Part shown: in pieces, positions 57,375 to 64,000 of the stretch
Position numbering within the stretch: the stretch's first letter is position 1
How the letters are laid out: every line of letters begins with the position of its first letter
NCBI GenBank assembly: GCA_021796225.1
Contig: JAJYOL010000005.1
Location: 597-64,596, forward strand
Source of the DNA: Candidatus Micrarchaeota archaeon
GTDB taxonomy: Archaea; Micrarchaeota; Micrarchaeia; Micrarchaeales; CABMGC01
DNA length: 64,000 nucleotides
Direction: 5' to 3'
Made by a program: the position numbers and the translations under genes
The notes under the pieces: generated by a model
Databases searched by the model: none
The model's input: only the letters and a program-made list of their open reading frames with translations
Told to the model about the DNA's origin: nothing

Positions 57375-58014
57375 GCTGATCGATTACAGAATTTACAACA
57401 GTATAAATCTTCTCTGCCTTTTTCTTCCCTATTTTGTCAACTACCATCAATTCTTCAACACTCGCGGAAAAAACCCCACGGACGGATTTGAATTCCGAGA
57501 GAAGTTGTTTTGACAGTTTTGGCCCTACCCCGGGAACGGAACTCAACAGCATTATCTGCCATTCGTGGGTATTGTGTGCCTTTTTCCTGCCCAACACTTT
57601 TGGAGACCTGTCCTTCACACCCTGTTCCCTTTCCGCAAGCTTGAATATGGCATATGCGCTCTCTTCCGGAGTTTCGGTTCGAATAACCTGTATGTTGTAA
57701 TCAGAGTATATGCTTGTTATTGCACCGTACATCACGTTTCTTCCAAGGCGTGAATCCGAATCTCTGCCTTCCACTATGAGTATAGGTTTGGTAAATGCTT
57801 CTCCCATTCTATTCGCCTGATCGAATAGCCTCGTATCTATTATTGAATTTTCAAAATCGGTAATTGTTTTCCGTTCTATGCACATCCTGTCCGAAATTAT
57901 ATAATCCGCTACGGGAAGCTGCATGAATGAAGTCTTGGCACCGCTTGATTCCAGCGTGCGGAGAAGTTGTTGGTTTCTTTCCCGGTTATCGATCAGGACC
58001 CGAATTTCTTGCAT
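57340..58014 (-). CDS. short XPF/ERCC4 nuclease with HhH2 domain
   Basis: IDNRE, ADY, IERKTITDF, IVEG, VPGVG, KIGKKKA. Confidence 0.9.
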   Translation of the reverse strand: MQEIRVLIDNRERNQQLLRTLESSGAKTSFMQLPVADYIISDRMCIERKTITDFENSIIDTRLFDQANRMGEAFTKPILIVEGRDSDSRLGRNVMYGAITSIYSDYNIQVIRTETPEESAYAIFKLAEREQGVKDRSPKVLGRKKAHNTHEWQIMLLSSVPGVGPKLSKQLLSEFKSVRGVFSASVEELMVVDKIGKKKAEKIYTVVNSVIDQLDNGDQDENIG

Positions 58015-58058
58015 GATTATATATTAGCAGTGGCAATTTAAATCTGTGGTGCTGCCCA

Positions 58059-58823
58059 ATGGCAAGACGAGTCAGCAGGAGAAAAGAGCCTTCACGCGAA
58101 GAATTTATGCTCAAGGAGCAGCTGAAGATAGAGGAAGGCGTTTTCGACAGACGAACGATAATGGCGATAGGGAAAACCTTCACGCGCGGCATAGTGTCAA
58201 GAATGCTTTTTATTATAGCCAGAGGCAAAGAGTCGGATGTCTATCTTGCGGATGCCGGAGAGAAGATAGATAAGGAAGTAGTGGTGCTTAAGATATTCAG
58301 GCTTGAGACATCCAGTTTCAAGGCCAGAATCGATTACATAACTGGGGACAGAAGATTTCAAAGAAGATTAAGCACGGATACGCAGTTGATAAACGCGTGG
58401 TGCAAAAAGGAATTTGGAAATCTCAAGCTTGCAAAAAGCGCGCGTGTTAGCGTTCCCGAGCCGTACACATTCAGCAACAACGTGCTCGCGATGGAATTCA
58501 TAGGAACGGACGGGGTCCCTTCACCGAGACTCAGGGATATCGAAATTGAAAACCCGGAACATATGCTGAATCTCATACTGAAAAACATCAAGCGCCTGTA
58601 TGACGTCGGATTGGTCCATGGAGACATCAGCGAATACAACATATTGGTAAAAAATGGAGAACCTGTTTTGATAGATTTCGGTCAGGCGGTCGTGACAGAT
58701 CATCCGCGTGCGATGGAATTTCTCGAACGTGACATTGCGAATATACTCACTTATTTCAGAAAAACGTATGGACTACAGAAAGATTTGGAAAAAGAACTGG
58801 AAAAAATAAAGAAAACGGAATGA
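58059..58823 (+). CDS. rio1: RIO1 family Ser/Thr kinase
   Basis: GKESDVY, KEFGNL, HGDISEYNIL, IDFGQAV. Confidence 0.92.
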   Translation: MARRVSRRKEPSREEFMLKEQLKIEEGVFDRRTIMAIGKTFTRGIVSRMLFIIARGKESDVYLADAGEKIDKEVVVLKIFRLETSSFKARIDYITGDRRFQRRLSTDTQLINAWCKKEFGNLKLAKSARVSVPEPYTFSNNVLAMEFIGTDGVPSPRLRDIEIENPEHMLNLILKNIKRLYDVGLVHGDISEYNILVKNGEPVLIDFGQAVVTDHPRAMEFLERDIANILTYFRKTYGLQKDLEKELEKIKKTE

Positions 58824-59147
58824 CTACTTCGGCAATTCGTATCCTTTTGCCTTGAGAAGATCCTTGTCCATTATACTGTATCTCCAGATTATATCGCCGC
58901 GCTGGTCCCCCTGCACTACCCACGGTTTTACCAACACGATGTCCCTTTCCTTTACCCAGAATCTTCTGCGCAATCTTCCAGGTATGGAACAAGTGCGCTC
59001 CAGCTTATCCGAGCATGCTATTAGAAAATTGGAAGCTCCCAGAGCCTTGATTACCTGTCCGACGACCTCGTTGTCGTGCGGTAGGAGAAGCTTGTGTGAA
59101 ACACCGGCACCGCCGTCAGATTTTCGCTTGTAATTCCTATATGGCAT
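58824..59147 (-). CDS. eif1a: translation initiation factor aIF-1A
   Basis: CSD...R.CSIPGRLRRRFWVKERDIVLVKPW...GDIIWRY. Confidence 0.93.
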   Translation of the reverse strand: MPYRNYKRKSDGGAGVSHKLLLPHDNEVVGQVIKALGASNFLIACSDKLERTCSIPGRLRRRFWVKERDIVLVKPWVVQGDQRGDIIWRYSIMDKDLLKAKGYELPK

Positions 59148-59162
59148 AAATATCGCTCGTTA

Positions 59163-59582
59163 TTATTGATAGTTTTTAATCGTATATATGGCCCCGCAGG
59201 CTTCGCAGGATATGACGACATATCCACGCTGCGTCTCAAGAATCTTCGTGTCTGGTTTCTTGCACTCCTTGCAGATTATGTATGTCTCGAAATATCTCTT
59301 TATCTTTTCATTGAGCACCGAAGGCTGTATCCTTGCGCTTATGCTGAGAACGCTGCCGTCTATGCTTATTGGGGCGGCAAGGTCTTTGGAAAGATATTTT
59401 GCTATGTCTTCCTTGTCCCTTCGCGCAACGTCAGCTATCTGCGTTATGTTTCTTATGAGGGTCTTGCTGCCCTGTATTATGGAATCCGCTTCGGGTATTT
59501 TGAAATCTACCTTTTCCTCAGAGAGATTTGGCAGCATCGTAAATGCCCTTTCAAGTAAATCGTCATATGCCAGAAAAAACAC
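59163..59582 (-). CDS. eif2b: translation initiation factor aIF-2 beta (non-ATG start: GTG 59582 or CTG 59573)
   Basis: YDDLLERA, GSKTLIRN, CKECKKPDT, CEACGA zinc ribbon. Confidence 0.92.
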   Translation of the reverse strand: MFFLAYDDLLERAFTMLPNLSEEKVDFKIPEADSIIQGSKTLIRNITQIADVARRDKEDIAKYLSKDLAAPISIDGSVLSISARIQPSVLNEKIKRYFETYIICKECKKPDTKILETQRGYVVISCEACGAIYTIKNYQ

Positions 59583-59658
59583 CGGTTCTGTAACGGTTAT
59601 AATATGCCCTAATGTAGTTTATAACTCTTGTCCTTTTCAACGGATGAAAGCTTCATCG

Positions 59659-61065
59659 TCATATTGACAGTAGAATTGAAGGGAATATGCCGAGTAGGAT
59701 GGTCGATGCCAGCAGGAATGCAAGTGCATACGTTATCGAATTGGACAGTATTTTGTATGGAACGGTCGCTCTGGAAGGATGCAGAAATACCCTTTCAAAA
59801 GTCCAGAACATTGCAGCGCCTATTACCGCCATTCCGACAAGAGGCAGCAATCCAACGTATCCGAACGTATCGAAAGAGCTTAGGAATATCAATATGTCTC
59901 CGATGAATCCGGAAGTTAGCGGTATCCCCACTATGCAAAATATGCCTGCCAGGAATAGATAGGAAAGAGCAGGGAAATTGGATATCACTCCGGATATTTT
60001 GTTTATGTCAAGCGTGCCATACAACTCATCTACCGTTCCGGCTATGAGAAAGAGTATGGAAATCGCAATCCCGTGGCTTAGCATTGCATATAACGCTCCC
60101 GACGTCCCTATGACCCCCGAAGCGGCTATGCCCAATGCCACTATGCCCATGTCAAATATGCTGGTATACGCTATCATGCGCTTGAGATTCGATTGCCTTA
60201 ATGCTACGAATGCAGAATATACGGAAGAGAAGCCGAATATGACTGCAAGATACAATGCATACGAATGCGCTATGGGAAGCATCAGGAACATTAGTATTAT
60301 GCCGTATCCGCCGAATTTCAAAAGCACCCCTGCAAGCACCATGCTGCCCATCGTCGGTGCTTCGGTATGTGCATCGGGAAGCCATGAATGAAATGGAAAT
60401 ACCGGCGCTTTTATCATGAATGATAGCAGCATTAGGGCGAGCACTTCGAGCTGTACCGTGTGAGGCATTGAAGATGCAGAAGCCGCAAGGGCGCTTATGT
60501 TAAATGTTGAAGGGGATGAATTCGTATACAGCAACAGTATGGCTATAAGCAAAAGCAGGCTCGAGACCATTGAATATATTATGAATTTTATTGCAGCATA
60601 TCTTCTGTCATATCCTCCGAATACGAAGATTATGAAGAACATCATTACTTCCGCTATTTCCCAGAATAGATAGAGGAGCAGAAGATTCCCGGAAAGAAAA
60701 ACCCCCAGGGATGCACCTTCGGCTATCAGAAACAACATGTTATACAGGCGCGATTTCTGTATGAAATATGAACCCACCAGCGATGCCGCGAAGAAGACTA
60801 TCGAGGTCATGAACGACAGAATCAGCGTAAACGAGGTAAATTGCAGGTTGAAATTCAGTGAAAGTGAAGGCACGTATGTGAATGAGAAACCGAGGGATTG
60901 AAGACCGAACAGATGAACCAGGAGAACTGAAAGGCACATTAGTGCAAATACAGCAAATGACGATACCAGAGATACGGTATGCGCTTTCCTCTGATCAACA
61001 AAAAGCAGCGCCGCTGCGGATATGAACGGTATCAGCAGAATAACGGCTAGAAGAAACATTTGCAA
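59659..61065 (-). CDS. NuoM/MrpD-like antiporter subunit (complex I subunit 4 family)
   Basis: FWEI, KAPVFPFHSWLPDAHTEAP, LAGVLLKFGGYG, LKRMIAYTS, SHG. Confidence 0.88.
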   Translation of the reverse strand: MQMFLLAVILLIPFISAAALLFVDQRKAHTVSLVSSFAVFALMCLSVLLVHLFGLQSLGFSFTYVPSLSLNFNLQFTSFTLILSFMTSIVFFAASLVGSYFIQKSRLYNMLFLIAEGASLGVFLSGNLLLLYLFWEIAEVMMFFIIFVFGGYDRRYAAIKFIIYSMVSSLLLLIAILLLYTNSSPSTFNISALAASASSMPHTVQLEVLALMLLSFMIKAPVFPFHSWLPDAHTEAPTMGSMVLAGVLLKFGGYGIILMFLMLPIAHSYALYLAVIFGFSSVYSAFVALRQSNLKRMIAYTSIFDMGIVALGIAASGVIGTSGALYAMLSHGIAISILFLIAGTVDELYGTLDINKISGVISNFPALSYLFLAGIFCIVGIPLTSGFIGDILIFLSSFDTFGYVGLLPLVGMAVIGAAMFWTFERVFLHPSRATVPYKILSNSITYALAFLLASTILLGIFPSILLSI

Positions 61066-61128
61066 ATCAACTCCTTTCTATAAGAACGCACAAAATCATA
61101 TAATGCTTGCATGCCATCATCATTTCAT

Positions 61129-63924
61129 TCATTCCCTCCCGTATCTTGAAAGAAAACCGAGATAGGTTCCCATCGATATGTTTGGTGCTGAAGGGCGGGT
61201 GTTGTTTATTATGTCGAGCAGCTGTTCCATCGTTATACCTGTTTCTTTTCCCGAATCTATGCTCGCCTCCAACGCATTCATCTTTGCCTGCCTGCACATG
61301 TTTGCTATGTCTGCACCTGTGTAGCCGCTGGTAACGTCGGCAAGTCTGCTGAAATCGATGTCTTCCGAAAGGGGGGCCTTCTGTAAATTCTTTTGGAAAA
61401 GCTTCTCCCTGTCAGTCTTATTTGGCGGCTGCACGAATATCAGCTTGTCGAATCTTCCTCCGCGGAGCAGTGCCGGATCGAGCGAATCGGGCCTGTTCGT
61501 TGCGCCGACCACCACCACGCTGCCCGTTTCTTTTATCCCGTCCATTTCCTGCAGAAATTCGCTGGTTATTTCTATGCCCAGCATCGATGACTTGTCTCTC
61601 GAAGGCAGCAGCGAGTCTATTTCATCTATGAATATCACTGACGGGGAATTTTCCTTTGCCCTGTCAAAAGTCTGTTTTATCGTCAGTACTGCGCGTTCCA
61701 AACCATATTTGCTCAACTCGGCACCGGAAAGCACGAACATCCTGACATCCCCAATTTCGGACGCCACCGCACGCATGAGCATGGTCTTTCCCGTTCCGGG
61801 AGGGCCGAAGAGAAGTATCCCTTTCGTGCCTTTTATGTCGTATTTCTTGATCAGTTCGGGATGTATCATGGGAACTTCAACGGCCTCATATACCGCCTTT
61901 TTAGCATTTTCAAGGCCTATCACGTCGTCTATCAAAATCCCGTCGGATTTGTCTTCGATAAACTTTTCCGGATGCATCCTGCGTTCGTAGTCCATCTTGA
62001 ATGAAGTGTACGTTTCTATCTGTGAAAGCGAAGTCGATGCCTTTGTCTGTCCTATCACTGAAAGAAGATCGTCGGTAGTTATTTCGAGCACCTTATTCGA
62101 CTTTATCGCGTCTTCGGAAATCATCCTTGCAGTCTCATCGCACACGTTCTTTATGTCGGCACCAGAGTATCTGTTAGTGGTCTTTGCGAGTTTGGTAAAA
62201 TCTATATCGCCGCTTATCGGCAGCTTTGACAGGTAATACCGGAATATTTTCCTGCGGCCGTCCTCATCTGGAAGAGGCATGTAGATTATCTTGTCGAACC
62301 TTCCGGGCCTCATTATGCTGGGATCCAGCATGTTTGGTATGTTTGTCGAACCGACTACCACTATGCCTTCTATCTTTTGGAACCCGTCCATTTCTCCCAG
62401 TAATGTAGACATTAGTTGCCGTGACTCGTCGCTGTTGTTCGATTCCCTGTTGCCCGCAACGGCATCTATTTCATCGAAGAAGAGTATTGCAGGCGTGTGC
62501 TTGCGGACAGTGGCGAATATTTTGGCGAGTTTGGCGGAACTCTCACCCTGAAACGGGCTCAGCAGCGAAGAAGTTTTAACATAATAGAATCGTCCGCGTA
62601 TTTCGTTTGAGAGAGCGCGCATCAGAAGGGTTTTTCCCGTTCCGGGAGGGCCGAATAGAAGTATTCCTTTTGCCGGTTTCACGTTGTATGCACCGGATAT
62701 TTCACGGTGTTCTATCGGCGCAAGAATCGCCGTCTTGAGCTCCTCTTTCGTCTGATCGTAATTTGCAACGTCTTTGAGAGTTTCGCGCGCGTTTCCTACG
62801 AATTCCTCAACACCGTCGTTAAATTGTTGGATGAAGTCCTCTTTCGCCACGTCAAGCGTACGAACCAGATTTATCCCCTTTGATTCTATTACAAGATATA
62901 CTAAGGGTGCGAGGAAGAATCCGAATATTACGGCAGGGCTTATTTGCACATTGGATATTGAAGACAATACGAGATATGATGCGAGTATTATAATCCCGAA
63001 TACGCTTGCTTCGGCGCCTTTGAACGGCGACCTGCTCTTTACCACGTAATTGCTCACTACGAATATCGTGATAAGCCACGTAAACATCTGTATGGCTATG
63101 AAACCTATGTCGTTGTAGATTGAAAGGCCGGCAAGCATGAACGCGTTTCCGACATTGGTGATTACGGGGGTGCTGACAAACGCGGAGAATGCGGAGTCGA
63201 ACCCGGACGCGAAGTTAGCCATGTTGGTACCGGATTTGTTTGCCGTGAGAAACAGTATCGCAGGATTCCCCATGAGCATCGAATGCATGGATACAGAATC
63301 ATATACCATTGGGCTCGTGTTTTGTATCCCGCTAAGGCTGGAAAATACGGCAATCAGCAAAAGTATTACGAGTATTGAAACTGCGGAACGTTTTAGTCCT
63401 ATGAACAGCACGCCTATGAAGAAAACAGGGATTTCCAGAAACGAGCCGAGGATTGACAACGGAAGCAAAGTCATTATGTATACGAATAGGATGGTACGGT
63501 AATGCTTATACCCGAGAAACAGCGACACGCTGATTATTATCATCGAAAGCCATCCGAGAAGCGGTGCCTGGTATATTATTATCGGAAGAGATTCGAAAAG
63601 AAAAGCCATCAAGCCCGCAAGAGGATATAGGAATGTTACAACCATCGTGGCAAGTATCATTGCAATTATTACAGGCAATGGAAAAGAAGGAAATGCTATT
63701 GCAAGGCTTGTCATTGCCATTCCGACGGCTATCATGTCAGGAAAATTCTTATGCCCTGAAAATCTCTTCATTATGTCTTTGATCGAATAGAATGATAGCG
63801 GCGTTATTGATACGTATTTTCTCTGGGACGGAGCGGTAGGATGCGGTGATGTGTCTTGGTTCCACTGGCTTGTTTTGCGTTTTGCATTACCCCTCCCAGC
63901 CTTAACCTTGCCAGGTTTCGACAT
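61129..63924 (-). CDS. polytopic membrane protein fused to tandem AAA+ ATPase domains (Cdc48/VAT-like)
   Basis: About 10 hydrophobic segments, then two GILLFGPPGTGKT / DEID / RPGRFD (RGGRFD) modules. Confidence 0.88.
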   Translation of the reverse strand: MSKPGKVKAGRGNAKRKTSQWNQDTSPHPTAPSQRKYVSITPLSFYSIKDIMKRFSGHKNFPDMIAVGMAMTSLAIAFPSFPLPVIIAMILATMVVTFLYPLAGLMAFLFESLPIIIYQAPLLGWLSMIIISVSLFLGYKHYRTILFVYIMTLLPLSILGSFLEIPVFFIGVLFIGLKRSAVSILVILLLIAVFSSLSGIQNTSPMVYDSVSMHSMLMGNPAILFLTANKSGTNMANFASGFDSAFSAFVSTPVITNVGNAFMLAGLSIYNDIGFIAIQMFTWLITIFVVSNYVVKSRSPFKGAEASVFGIIILASYLVLSSISNVQISPAVIFGFFLAPLVYLVIESKGINLVRTLDVAKEDFIQQFNDGVEEFVGNARETLKDVANYDQTKEELKTAILAPIEHREISGAYNVKPAKGILLFGPPGTGKTLLMRALSNEIRGRFYYVKTSSLLSPFQGESSAKLAKIFATVRKHTPAILFFDEIDAVAGNRESNNSDESRQLMSTLLGEMDGFQKIEGIVVVGSTNIPNMLDPSIMRPGRFDKIIYMPLPDEDGRRKIFRYYLSKLPISGDIDFTKLAKTTNRYSGADIKNVCDETARMISEDAIKSNKVLEITTDDLLSVIGQTKASTSLSQIETYTSFKMDYERRMHPEKFIEDKSDGILIDDVIGLENAKKAVYEAVEVPMIHPELIKKYDIKGTKGILLFGPPGTGKTMLMRAVASEIGDVRMFVLSGAELSKYGLERAVLTIKQTFDRAKENSPSVIFIDEIDSLLPSRDKSSMLGIEITSEFLQEMDGIKETGSVVVVGATNRPDSLDPALLRGGRFDKLIFVQPPNKTDREKLFQKNLQKAPLSEDIDFSRLADVTSGYTGADIANMCRQAKMNALEASIDSGKETGITMEQLLDIINNTRPSAPNISMGTYLGFLSRYGRE

Positions 63925-63979
63925 GATTTTTTATGCAATATGTAATATATAAATACTATTATCGTTATATTACCAAATA

Positions 63980-64000
63980 CCCGTTGTAGCTCAATGGCAG
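63980..64000 (+). tRNA. 5' part of a tRNA, probably tRNA-Tyr (truncated by the window)
   Basis: CCCGTTG-TA-GCTCAATGGCAG acceptor strand and D-arm; C1 is typical of archaeal tRNA-Tyr; TATA upstream; anticodon not visible. Confidence 0.6.

Noticed and set aside
57340-59582. XPF-RIO1-aIF1A-aIF2-beta cluster as a novel system
   Set aside because: RIO1/aIF1A linkage and helicase-less XPF are already known in archaea; ordinary housekeeping
1-64000. CRISPR array, cas genes, transposases, integrases, proviral genes
   Set aside because: No regularly spaced repeats or recognisable motifs seen

Overview
Archaeal genomic DNA. Gene content, TATA-type promoters, the divergent 16S rRNA and the expanded LamG/class III signal-peptide proteins suggest a DPANN organism, most likely Micrarchaeota (ARMAN-like); this assignment is inferred, not searched. 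The backbone is housekeeping: 2-oxoacid:ferredoxin oxidoreductase with HMG-CoA synthase/thiolase/DUF35, ValRS, LeuRS, ThrRS, uS15, eS1, MTAP, a PadR-ABC operon, archease, RpiB, Cgi121, PiT/DUF47, short XPF, RIO1, aIF1A, aIF2-beta, and tRNA-Gln, -Cys, -Ile plus a partial probable tRNA-Tyr. The strongest candidate for a new system is a surface-adhesion apparatus in two parts. (i) Four paralogous pilin-LamG genes with near-identical, mosaic DNA ends and unrelated cores, arranged as a duplicated two-gene unit on each side of a stand-alone 16S rRNA gene. (ii) A type IV pilus/Tad motor operon converging on five pilin-like genes that carry LamG, beta-propeller and Ig domains, headed by a CBS-HPF-like gene. 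Other notable items: compensatory changes in the 16S decoding site and central pseudoknot, a 1.1-kb Fic islet in tRNA-Cys with a four-box operator, a NUDIX-UDG fusion lacking Fe-S cysteines, an exosortase-like protein, a polytopic membrane-anchored double-AAA ATPase, and a non-AUG start for aIF2-beta. All calls come from motif recognition by eye; no database searches were run.
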